Source: a virus
Lineage: Duplodnaviria; Heunggongvirae; Uroviricota; Caudoviricetes
IMG/VR virus record: IMGVR_UViG_3300020718_000007
Span: 1-20,389 of that record
Direction: 5' to 3' (one strand)
Length of the DNA: 20,389 nucleotides
The notes beneath the pieces were generated by a model. It was given only the letters and a program-made list of their open reading frames with translations, did not search any database and had not been told where the DNA came from. The translations under genes were made by a program, and so were the position numbers. Shown here one piece after another: positions 5,613-14,454 of the stretch (position 1 is the stretch's first letter; every line of letters begins with the position of its first letter).

Positions 5613-8349
5613 ACTAACCGATTTAACAATAAAGGACCTTCTATCCAATAACACCTCCACAAATACTCTGATAATAAATCAGAATTTTGCACAGGTTCAG
5701 GCCTCTATTTTATTATTACAATCTACATTTGGACTGCAGATCCAAAATAATACAATCGCCAACCCGGCGACTAAAATCTTTGTCGGGCAAGTTTCTGCCG
5801 ATAAAATTTATCTTCCTAATATAGGCAACCCTAATAATACAGGGGCAGCTACAATTATTTTTAATGGTTCTAATGGCAATATAACTTGCTCTGGTATATC
5901 TACAAACAATGATATTTACAGTGGTAATGACGTTTATGTAGGGGCGAATGGTAAGGGTGGTAGAGTAAGATTGTATACGGATCGTAATTCAGACACTACT
6001 AAACCACCAAAATTAGGGGATTTTAGATTTACCGGCCCAAATTTCCAGGGTTATATTATTCAAGGTGAAATACCCTCAACTTTTTCTTTTATAATTACTG
6101 GTGGTAGCAGTAGTCAAACAATTACGGTTAAAATAAATGGAATAACAATAGGAACTTCTACTTGGACAAGTGATACAGTAACAACCTCATTAAGTTTAGT
6201 TAATTCGATTGTAACCAGTGGTAATATTTATGTTACCGCTTCATATTCTAGTGGAGTAATTACAATAAGTTCTCTTTCTGGACTAGCAGTTACATTAAAC
6301 TCTGCTGTAATGGCTATCACCGGAACAATATCTACAAACATTACATCCGGGACAATGTCAGGTGGTATTAATGGCATTAAAGAGTGGGTTACTTTTGGGA
6401 CTGGTGGAGCAGCAGGACCCACTGGTCCTGCTGGTGGATCCTCTGGTTCATCTGGTATTAATGGATCTGTTGGAACTAGTGGAAGTAGTGGTATTAATGG
6501 AAGTAGTGGTATTAATGGATCCTCTGGATCTTCTGGTATTAATGGATCTTCTGGTATTAGCGGCTCTGCTGGAAGCAGTGGGCAAGATGGAGGAATAGGA
6601 CCAAGGGGATTCAATGGTAATGATGGAACGTCAGGAAGCAGTGGGGGTGTAGGAACTGCAGGAACTTCCGGATCCTCTGGTACTTCCCCTTCTTTGGGAT
6701 CTTTATCAAGTTTTGATATTAAATTAGGGGATTCAAGTACTACTGGATATGCTTGGAGTAGTGGATTTTTTGCTTCATGGTCTAATACCTACTTATCAGG
6801 TCAGGCATTTGAAGACCTAGATAGGGTAATAAAATTACTTGCCCCGACATCAGCGCCATTATTAAGTAGTGAACCCCCTTTATATCTTGATAGTTATTAT
6901 TCCAATCCTTTATCATATTATCCATCTTTTGCTGGATCTAGCGGATTAGCAATTAATTTAAGTTCTAGTGGTGCAGCGACATCAAATACAATAATTACAG
7001 ATTCTTCAAGTACTAACGTAGTACTTGAAAATATGTCAACCTCTGCTTGGACCTCTGGTGGGGGATTTGCAAAGGAGCCACAAAAGATTCTTACTGCATT
7101 TAGAGATTCTACAAATTTAGGTTCTATAACTTATTTAGACAATTCGATAAATCCAGGAGTTACAACCAATGGATCTTTAACTGTTACCGAGTATGATTAT
7201 TGGAATGGTATACCTGGTAAAGCAGGATTTTGGCCAGCATTATTAGCAGAAATTACCAGCTTTATGACTGGTGCTAGTTATGGGTCTCATACAGCAGAGC
7301 TTTCTTGGGTTTCAGGGGGAACTAATTTGTCAACATTATTCTGGTATGATAATCCATTAAGTCCCACATTTTCATCTAAGGCATTTTCTACAAATGGATC
7401 TACTGGAACAGCAAAATGGATTTCAGGGGTACCATCATTATTAGATACTAATATTGTTACTGCTACCGTTGCTATAGGAAACGCAGTTTCTAAGTTTTAT
7501 TTAACAAAGCCTCTTGTTGTTGCTAGTACAACTGAAGTTTTAATGAGCTCTTTTGGGTCCTCTGTAGCTGGCTCCCAATCTCCAGGAACATTATCTGGTA
7601 TAACTGCACAAGGTACAATTCGAAACAATATTTATAATGAAGATATAGTAGTAAATGCAACTGGATATAATGCAAAAGGGAGCAGCATTAATTCAAACAT
7701 TAGTATAAGTAATTCCTTTGCTGGTAAAACTATGAGGGCAGATACTATATCGGATGAATCATTAAGGTTCTTATCAGGTGGAACTGATGGAAATGCGCCT
7801 ACTGTCTATGGGGAAACATTTGATCCAACACAATCATTAGTAGCAGCATCATATACTTATGAGCTACAAATGTTAAATGGCTACTATCAGAGATTAAGTG
7901 GAACCAATTATAACACTAACTATCCAGCAGTAGGCCCTGATTATTCATCCGAAACTAATGGAGGACTTTATAGATGGGTATTATTTCAATTTGGCCCACA
8001 GAATGGTATTTCTGGTGGTATAATAACAATAAATAACATTCTGGGTACCTGGTCTGCAGATCCAATAACATATGTTACTTCTGGTCTGAAGATATTTGCT
8101 AAAGTCGATGATATACATTCCCCTGGTCCTACAACTACTGGTTGGATTGATTGCAATAATCCTTGGTTAACTGGTACTGATCCGGAATCTAATGGAGACT
8201 TCGCAATGATACCAGGAACGCCAACAACCGCATCAGTGAAAGATTTTACTTTTGGTAATATAACACATAGTGGAATTTTCTGGCTTAGGGTTGGACTTCC
8301 TTTAGACTCGGATAAAAAATTTAAATCAGTAAGTGTAATACTCAGATAA
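5605..8349 (+). CDS. Large putative virion structural protein (fibre/baseplate-like) with a central Gly-Ser-rich Gly-X-Y segment
   Basis: 914 aa, rich in S/T/G/N, low in charge, with beta-type composition and about 95 aa of GSSGIN/GTSG repeats. Preceded by GATATATA. Confidence 0.75.
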   Translation: MKELTDLTIKDLLSNNTSTNTLIINQNFAQVQASILLLQSTFGLQIQNNTIANPATKIFVGQVSADKIYLPNIGNPNNTGAATIIFNGSNGNITCSGISTNNDIYSGNDVYVGANGKGGRVRLYTDRNSDTTKPPKLGDFRFTGPNFQGYIIQGEIPSTFSFIITGGSSSQTITVKINGITIGTSTWTSDTVTTSLSLVNSIVTSGNIYVTASYSSGVITISSLSGLAVTLNSAVMAITGTISTNITSGTMSGGINGIKEWVTFGTGGAAGPTGPAGGSSGSSGINGSVGTSGSSGINGSSGINGSSGSSGINGSSGISGSAGSSGQDGGIGPRGFNGNDGTSGSSGGVGTAGTSGSSGTSPSLGSLSSFDIKLGDSSTTGYAWSSGFFASWSNTYLSGQAFEDLDRVIKLLAPTSAPLLSSEPPLYLDSYYSNPLSYYPSFAGSSGLAINLSSSGAATSNTIITDSSSTNVVLENMSTSAWTSGGGFAKEPQKILTAFRDSTNLGSITYLDNSINPGVTTNGSLTVTEYDYWNGIPGKAGFWPALLAEITSFMTGASYGSHTAELSWVSGGTNLSTLFWYDNPLSPTFSSKAFSTNGSTGTAKWISGVPSLLDTNIVTATVAIGNAVSKFYLTKPLVVASTTEVLMSSFGSSVAGSQSPGTLSGITAQGTIRNNIYNEDIVVNATGYNAKGSSINSNISISNSFAGKTMRADTISDESLRFLSGGTDGNAPTVYGETFDPTQSLVAASYTYELQMLNGYYQRLSGTNYNTNYPAVGPDYSSETNGGLYRWVLFQFGPQNGISGGIITINNILGTWSADPITYVTSGLKIFAKVDDIHSPGPTTTGWIDCNNPWLTGTDPESNGDFAMIPGTPTTASVKDFTFGNITHSGIFWLRVGLPLDSDKKFKSVSVILR
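6397..6685 (+). repeat. Gly-X-Y coding repeat (GSSGIN / GTSGSS units)
   Basis: Includes exact tandem GGAAGTAGTGGTATTAAT x2 at 6481-6516 and related 18/27-nt units. Confidence 0.85.
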
Positions 8350-8377
8350 ATATGATAGATATAAAATAGTATAAAAA

Positions 8378-11300
8378 ATGGCACTTACAACAGCGCAACA
8401 GGCAGGTAGGCTTTATAAATTAATATTTAAACAAGCTGAAAGGGATCAAAATAAACAATTCTATGAGGAGCCAATTGGTACCTATTCATCAATTTCCCCA
8501 ACAGACATTTGGATAGATCAATTAGGTATACCATCTACTGCTGGTAGTGCAGGGGTTGCTGGCCTAGTTCAATATTATAATGCACTCCAATTAAATGGAG
8601 ACTCTTCATATCCAAATTCATTTACACATCCAAATTTAAATAATGTTATTCCTTTTAATTATGGAGATGGAGTTAGTTATAGATACGTATTAACAACACA
8701 GACTGGCTCTGTTATTCCTTTCGGATCTTATGATTGGCTATTAGATACACAATCTGGGGTATTAACATTTTATGGAGGATTACCTTCTGGAGTTTCTTCG
8801 TCTACCCCACCAAAATTAAGTTTCTTTAAATATATTGGAGCAAGAAATACTGGGGTTTTATTCTTAAGTGCTAGTGGAACTAATACTTATACTGCGAATA
8901 CTCAAAATCCAAATCAATTAACTGGATATAGTAAAAATATAGTCTATATAGTTCAATTTCCACATACTAATACTGGCGCTTCTACATTAAACATAAATGG
9001 ATTAGGTGCAATTAATATTAAAGATCTATCTTCTTCATCACCAAGCTTTCTTAGAAATGTGGCGCCAGGAGATATTGCTGGGGCAGGATTTACTATGCTT
9101 GCTTATGATGGAACGCAATTTGTAATTGTTAGTTCTGGCGGATCTAGTAATGGTGTTTCTGGTTCATCCGGATCTGCTGGTACAAGTGCTGCAACATCTG
9201 GTACTGGGGGTTCTTCTGGATCATCGGGAACAACTGGTACATCTGGAAGTTCTGGATCTACTGGTACATCTGGTTCTTCTGGTAATGGTTCTTCTGGTAC
9301 TAGTGGGTATGATGGAATTAGTGGTTCTTCTGGTAGTTCTGGCTCTGGGGGTACTTCAGGGTCTGCGGGTTCTAGCGGGGGCAATGGTTCAGCCGGATCA
9401 GCAGGTACATCAGGTTCTGCTGGCTCTAGTGGTGTTAATGGTTCATCTGGTTCTTCGGGTACTAATGGTACATCCGGTTCTGCGGGTTCTAGTGGTATAA
9501 ATGGTACATCTGGTTCTGCAGGTACTAGTGGTTCTTCCGGCTCATCTGGTGATAAGGGCTCTTCTGGTTCATCGGGTAATGGTACTGCAGGTAGTTCTGG
9601 ATCTGCTGGATCTGCTGGGTCTTCAGGAATTACAGGTTCCTCTGGTAGTTCTGGAGCTAATGCTACTGCAGGTAGTTCAGGCTCTTCTGGTAATGGTACT
9701 GCAGGTAGTTCGGGTACAGATGGGGCTTCTGGTTCTTCCGGTTCAAGTGGGCTTGGAACCTCTGGTTCTTCTGGAACTGCAGGTTCTTCCGGATCTTCTG
9801 GGATTGATGGAACCAGTGGTTCTTCTGGATCTAGTGGAAGTGCCGGTACTTCTGGTTCTTCGGGTACTTCTGGTACAAAAGGTACTTCAGGGTCTTCAGG
9901 GATTACAGGATCCTCTGGTAGTTCTGGATCTAGCGGTACTTCTGGTATTTCTGGTTCTGTAGGTAGTTCTGGTATTTCCGGTTCTGCAGGTAGTTCTGGG
10001 TCCAATGGTGCTGCTGGAACAAATGGTAGTGCAGGTTCTTCTGGTTCATCTGGTGCTAATGGAACTTCTGGTTCTGCAGGAAGCTCTGGTACTACGGGTT
10101 CCTCTGGTAGTTCTGGTTCTAGTGGATCTAATGGTGCTGCTGGTATATCTGGAAGTGCTGGTTCTGCTGGCTCTAGTGGTGCTGCAGGTACTTTTGGCTC
10201 CAGCGGGTCTAGTGGTTCAGCTGGTGGTATAGGTGCAGCAGGTACATCCGGTTCTGCTGGCTCTAGTGGTTTTAATGGTACTTCTGGTTCTTCTGGAGCT
10301 AATGGTTCTGTTGGTATAACAGGTTCGTCCGGGAGTTCTGGTGTAAATGGTGCTGCTGGTACATCCGGTTCTTCTGGTTCTTCTGGTGCAAATGGTTCTG
10401 CTGGTTCTGCGGGTACATCAGGCTCTACTGGTTCTAGTGGCATAAATGGTACTTCTGGTTCATCTGGTAGTTCTGGTGCTAATGGTGCAGCAGGCACATC
10501 TGGTTCTGCTGGTAGTTCTGGAGTTAATGGTGCTACTGGAACAAGCGGAAGCTCTGGATCAAGGGGAAGTGCTGGATCTAGCGGTATCTCGGGTACTTCT
10601 GGTTCTGCTGGTACTTCTGGTTCTTCGGGTACTTCCGGTTCTGCGGGTTCAAGTGGAGCTAATGGAGCTCCTGGAATTACAGGTACTTCTGGTTCTGCTG
10701 GTTCAAGTGGAACTAATGGTGCCCCTGGAACTTCGGGAACTTCTGGATCATCTGGAACTTCTGGTCTAGATAATTTTCAATATAGATTATCCGGAACAAA
10801 TGGTACCACAGGTTTAGCAATTACTATCCCTACAGAAGGTTGTCCTGCTACAAGTGGAACTGGTGGAACTATAGTACCATTCAATTTAATGGAATATGAT
10901 ACTGCAGTAGATTATGGAACATTTTTGGGATTTGGAGCTGATACAAATCCTTGGGTAAGTACTTCTGGCTACTATTTTAATGATTACTTATCTCCTGCTG
11001 GCACTTCTGGAGTTGTTGGAGGGGATACTTGGGAATTATCAGCTAGTGTTACTGTTTATATTCCTAATGGGGGTACTAGCGGATCAATAGCATTAAGCTT
11101 AGTTAATCTTGAATCTTCTCCATATTTTATAAAAACTATTTGGGAAGAGATAAATGCAGGGACAGGTTCCTATATAACATTGGAAATAAATGCTATCGTA
11201 AGAGCTAGCACTAGAGACCAATACGCATTATTACTAACACATGTTATGGGAGTTACAGTTTATATTGTACCATATAGTATGGCGTCTGGATTTGGTTGGC

Positions 11301-11386
11301 TTGGTGAACCCCTTGCTCTAACTAATGAGGGATATGGTACTTGGTTCTATGGGCACTTTCTATCTTCCAAAAGAGTAATTAGCTAA
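8378..11386 (+). CDS. Putative tail fibre / collagen-like virion protein: N-terminal domains, about 545-aa Gly-X-Y region, C-terminal C1q/BclA-like domain
   Basis: A module common in phage fibre proteins (SGTNTYT...NTGASTLNINGLG...YDGTQF), then the long GSS/GTS/GSA tract, then a C-terminal domain with IVPFN..YD and TWFYGHFL reminiscent of C1q/TNF jelly-rolls. Confidence 0.78.
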   Translation: MALTTAQQAGRLYKLIFKQAERDQNKQFYEEPIGTYSSISPTDIWIDQLGIPSTAGSAGVAGLVQYYNALQLNGDSSYPNSFTHPNLNNVIPFNYGDGVSYRYVLTTQTGSVIPFGSYDWLLDTQSGVLTFYGGLPSGVSSSTPPKLSFFKYIGARNTGVLFLSASGTNTYTANTQNPNQLTGYSKNIVYIVQFPHTNTGASTLNINGLGAINIKDLSSSSPSFLRNVAPGDIAGAGFTMLAYDGTQFVIVSSGGSSNGVSGSSGSAGTSAATSGTGGSSGSSGTTGTSGSSGSTGTSGSSGNGSSGTSGYDGISGSSGSSGSGGTSGSAGSSGGNGSAGSAGTSGSAGSSGVNGSSGSSGTNGTSGSAGSSGINGTSGSAGTSGSSGSSGDKGSSGSSGNGTAGSSGSAGSAGSSGITGSSGSSGANATAGSSGSSGNGTAGSSGTDGASGSSGSSGLGTSGSSGTAGSSGSSGIDGTSGSSGSSGSAGTSGSSGTSGTKGTSGSSGITGSSGSSGSSGTSGISGSVGSSGISGSAGSSGSNGAAGTNGSAGSSGSSGANGTSGSAGSSGTTGSSGSSGSSGSNGAAGISGSAGSAGSSGAAGTFGSSGSSGSAGGIGAAGTSGSAGSSGFNGTSGSSGANGSVGITGSSGSSGVNGAAGTSGSSGSSGANGSAGSAGTSGSTGSSGINGTSGSSGSSGANGAAGTSGSAGSSGVNGATGTSGSSGSRGSAGSSGISGTSGSAGTSGSSGTSGSAGSSGANGAPGITGTSGSAGSSGTNGAPGTSGTSGSSGTSGLDNFQYRLSGTNGTTGLAITIPTEGCPATSGTGGTIVPFNLMEYDTAVDYGTFLGFGADTNPWVSTSGYYFNDYLSPAGTSGVVGGDTWELSASVTVYIPNGGTSGSIALSLVNLESSPYFIKTIWEEINAGTGSYITLEINAIVRASTRDQYALLLTHVMGVTVYIVPYSMASGFGWLGEPLALTNEGYGTWFYGHFLSSKRVIS
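9131..10765 (+). repeat. 1635-nt degenerate 9-nt-period coding repeat (Gly-Ser/Thr/Ala-Ser/Ala/Asn)
   Basis: 545 codons with Gly at nearly every third residue, a few register breaks (GNG, GLG, GANATAG) in the first half, and mixed synonymous codons. Confidence 0.95.
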
Positions 11387-11410
11387 TGATAAATAATAAA
11401 AATATAAGCA

Positions 11411-11959
11411 ATGGATAAATATTTAGAAGTTAATAAGGGAATAATAGAAAAATCTATAAATTCTTTTGATTGGGATGATATAAGTAAAATGTATAAGATC
11501 CTTGGATTAAAAGTTGGCAGCCAAACAATTAAGATTGATGGTTTAAATAAAAAGCAGAAGACTACCCCAGAATCTATAAAAAAAGAAATAGAATTAGTTT
11601 TAAACTATATTGTTGATAATGACGTACCAGAACTTCAATATGGTCCATGGTCAATATATTGGGTAAATGGAGAATGGGAAATTGAGATAGCCCCTGAAAG
11701 GCCTGATTTAGATTCCTTAATTGTACCAATAATGGAATCTAAATTACAAATTCATTTTATTCCACAAAGTACTACAGTTAAAGAATTCCTTGATATTGAT
11801 TTGGATGATGATGATTATGAAGACGAGGATGGTTTTATAGAGGATGAAGTTGATGATATATTATTCTTAGAATCCAGATTAAAGAAAGCAATAGATAAAG
11901 AAGAATGGATGATTGCATCCAGATTAAGGGATTTACTAGAAGAACTAAAAAAGAAATAG
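11411..11959 (+). CDS. Hypothetical protein with acidic tract and C-terminal UVR (UvrB/UvrC) motif
   Basis: DLDDDDYEDEDGFIEDEVDD is followed by LESRLKKAIDKEEWMIASRLRDLLEEL. Confidence 0.75.
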   Translation: MDKYLEVNKGIIEKSINSFDWDDISKMYKILGLKVGSQTIKIDGLNKKQKTTPESIKKEIELVLNYIVDNDVPELQYGPWSIYWVNGEWEIEIAPERPDLDSLIVPIMESKLQIHFIPQSTTVKEFLDIDLDDDDYEDEDGFIEDEVDDILFLESRLKKAIDKEEWMIASRLRDLLEELKKK

Positions 11960-11960
11960 T

Positions 11961-12869
11961 ATGAGAATAAAAAGATTACATGAGCAACAGTATTTCTCCC
12001 AGTCTTTTTCTGGCGATGGGTATAATACTTCTAATGGTGTTTTTAAGGTTCAATATAAACCTTATGATGACCTTTCTATATCCAAGGGGCGTGATGTAAT
12101 ACCTTCCCAATATATCAAGGGGGAAGAGTTTGCTATTGGTGATTTAGTAAAAGCAAAAATAGCTGGTTCTGAATCTCCAGTAGAGGGAAGAGTTATTTCC
12201 ATGATGAGAAATCAAGATGCTACTGAATATCACTTCAAAGTTAAGAGTGAAAAAACAAATAAAGTATTTCCTGTTATTCCATCATCAATGGAATTAGTTC
12301 AAAGATCTGGTTTCTGGGCAGGTAGAACTACTACTTCAGTAGATATGAACAAAGAGAAGATGGCTTTGAATATGAAATATAACCACGGAGGATTAGTCTG
12401 GGGTAAATTAGAATCTAAATTACATAAAAATGATATTTTATTAACCAATAATGGACAAAAAGCAACAAGAAAAGGAATATTAGATAATTCATTAACACTT
12501 TCTGTTGTTTCTCATGATGATCCTCATTCAGAAATACACCAACCAAATTTTAAAAAATTGGGGATTGCATATATGGATAGTAAAACAAGAACTATTTATA
12601 TAGATGCTACTAATCCGGATTTTCAAAGATTAACAGACGTCCATTTACTTACTATTGAAGCTCATGAGTCTGCTCATAATATGATTAAGGAAACAATAAA
12701 AGATAATATAGAAATTATCTGTGATCTTGTTGCTGCAAGATTATTAAGAAACAAAGGATATCTTTCCCCCTATAAAATAATAGTATCGAATTTCCTTGGA
12801 AGGCACAAATGCTCTTATGGGGAGAGCTTGGATGCGAACCTAAAAACTATTGATGGTATTTTAAAATGA
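11961..12869 (+). CDS. Putative zinc metalloprotease-domain protein (HExxH, ImmA/IrrE-like) with an SH3-like N-terminal half, possibly capsid-internal
   Basis: IEAHESAH (HESAH at 12663-12677) followed by IEIICD..AA. FAIGDLV..K...EGRVI is an SH3-like strand pattern. The N-terminus reads MRIKRLHE. Confidence 0.6.
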   Translation: MRIKRLHEQQYFSQSFSGDGYNTSNGVFKVQYKPYDDLSISKGRDVIPSQYIKGEEFAIGDLVKAKIAGSESPVEGRVISMMRNQDATEYHFKVKSEKTNKVFPVIPSSMELVQRSGFWAGRTTTSVDMNKEKMALNMKYNHGGLVWGKLESKLHKNDILLTNNGQKATRKGILDNSLTLSVVSHDDPHSEIHQPNFKKLGIAYMDSKTRTIYIDATNPDFQRLTDVHLLTIEAHESAHNMIKETIKDNIEIICDLVAARLLRNKGYLSPYKIIVSNFLGRHKCSYGESLDANLKTIDGILK

Positions 12870-13579
12870 TAAATCGTTTCCGAAGAACATTAGGGGTTTC
12901 AGCAAAGGTTTCGCAAAAGCAGATACCAATTAAATCTGACGCATTATTTAAAAGTAAAATGGAATCTAATAATCTAGAAAGATATAAAAGTTTGGTTGGG
13001 TCTGAAAAAGATAAAGCCTTTATAATTTGTGGATGTGGCACTTCTATAAATACTTTTGTTCCTGATGAAAAAAGTATTCTTTTTGGAGTAAATGATATAA
13101 ATAGAAAACTCCAAACCAAATATCTTATTTGTGTAAATGAACCTCACACATTCAAAAGAGGAAGATATGAGTGGGTGCAAAATCATACATCGGAATATTT
13201 TTTTACACATTTAAGATCTCTTAGTCCAGTGAAGCACGAAGCAACTGTTTACTTTGATTTAGGAGCACGCGAAGGCACCGGAATAGATAACATTGGACAA
13301 ATTGATTACACAACAAATTCGCCTTATATGGCAGTAATAATAGCATATCAGCTAGGTGCTTCAAAGATCGGATTGATTGGGGTTGATTTAACACCAGATC
13401 ATTTCTTCGATAAGACTGGAAATCATTTATTAACTACTAGATATGATGCAGTTAATGAAGAATACAGGAAACTAGCAAGTGCATTAGTGACAAGGGGAAT
13501 AAAGGTAGCAAATCTTTCTAGTATTAGCCGGATTACTAGTTGGCCTTATATGAGTCAAGAGGATTTTAATAATTTTTAG
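12866..13579 (+). CDS. DUF115 / Maf / MptE-like protein, putative sialyltransferase-fold glycosyltransferase
   Basis: AFIICGCGTS (GxGPS-like), FGVN, NSPYMAVIIAYQLGASKIGLIGVD, HFF and VANLS. ATGA overlap with the upstream gene. Confidence 0.7.
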   Translation: MINRFRRTLGVSAKVSQKQIPIKSDALFKSKMESNNLERYKSLVGSEKDKAFIICGCGTSINTFVPDEKSILFGVNDINRKLQTKYLICVNEPHTFKRGRYEWVQNHTSEYFFTHLRSLSPVKHEATVYFDLGAREGTGIDNIGQIDYTTNSPYMAVIIAYQLGASKIGLIGVDLTPDHFFDKTGNHLLTTRYDAVNEEYRKLASALVTRGIKVANLSSISRITSWPYMSQEDFNNF

Positions 13580-13581
13580 AT

Positions 13582-14361
13582 ATGGTAAGAGAAAATATTA
13601 GAAATGGAATAACATTAAGATTTCCATTCTCTCCTAAGGGGAAGAAGGGTAGTAGTTTCATGATTAAATTTTCTGATTTTTGTTTCCAGAAAATTAAGGA
13701 AGGGAAATCATTAGGGTACAGATGTTTTATTTTTGAATTGGTGGAAGAGGATTTTTCTATATTAGATTTTTCTGATTGTCTAGATATTGGTTCATTAAAG
13801 AAACTAATATCGGATAAAGATACACGTGTTGGTTTTTATATTAAATCTAAAAAATCCTTGACCTCTGATTTTCCAGAAGATGTAGTAATAGCAATAGACG
13901 AATTGAAAAAATGTATTTCGTTTTCAAAATGTATTACTGATATAGATCAGGAATCTCCTGTTATAGTTCATGTAGGGGGAGCAAAGGGTGATAGGAAAAC
14001 AACGATGGAAAAATTCTGTACTATATTAGAAAGTAATTTTACAAAAGACGAAATTTCTAGGGTTGCGGTAATTAATGATGATAAGCCAAGCCTTTTTTCT
14101 GTAAAGGACCTATTACCAGGGGTATTTTATAAACTAAAAATACCAATAGTATTTAGGTCTATTTCTTATCCAACAAATCAGGGTAATTTAACTCTTAATG
14201 AGTCTTTATTCCTTGCAGCTTCTACTTGGAATAGACAGGTAAATCCACTATTCATATATTTACCAGATGGTTCAGATGCACCTGATGTAGCAGGAGGGAC
14301 TTCCCCATTTGGATTACAGCTGGATATTGTTTTTGATAACAAATTACCTGACCCTAAATAA
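13582..14361 (+). CDS. UV-damage endonuclease (UvsE/UvdE) homologue with degenerate metal ligands
   Basis: VHVGGAKGDRK..MEKFC, RVAVINDDK.SLFSVKDL, IPIVF and LAASTW follow the UvsE pattern, but END, DxHH, HP and HxS are substituted. Confidence 0.75.
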   Translation: MVRENIRNGITLRFPFSPKGKKGSSFMIKFSDFCFQKIKEGKSLGYRCFIFELVEEDFSILDFSDCLDIGSLKKLISDKDTRVGFYIKSKKSLTSDFPEDVVIAIDELKKCISFSKCITDIDQESPVIVHVGGAKGDRKTTMEKFCTILESNFTKDEISRVAVINDDKPSLFSVKDLLPGVFYKLKIPIVFRSISYPTNQGNLTLNESLFLAASTWNRQVNPLFIYLPDGSDAPDVAGGTSPFGLQLDIVFDNKLPDPK

Positions 14362-14384
14362 TTATTAAAAATAGTTTGAACTTT

Positions 14385-14418
14385 ATTTTTTTATTCAAAA
14401 ACTTTTCATTACATTTGT
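14385..14418 (+). promoter_or_regulatory. Bacteroidota sigma70-type promoter (-7 box TACATTTG at 14410-14417)
   Basis: TAnnTTTG consensus in a 93-nt intergenic gap, and a near-copy of 125-158. Confidence 0.72.
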
Positions 14419-14454
14419 AAATATAAGAAGTTAAAACAACTAAATATTTTACAA

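Noticed and set aside
9103-10497. 464-aa minus-strand Pro/Glu-rich ORF, and the similar one at 6228-6614
   Set aside because: These are antisense shadows of the Gly-Ser repeat codons, which lack stops on the other strand. There is no independent start context.
9131-10765. Possible CRISPR array or non-coding tandem repeat
   Set aside because: There is no constant repeat with unique spacers. The 9-nt period with wobble-position variation lies inside an open frame.
9126-10769. Val/Leu-rich plus-strand ORFs in the shifted frame (9126, 9501, 10005, 10446, also 6362)
   Set aside because: They are off-frame readings of the repeat. The apparent membrane-protein character is an artefact.
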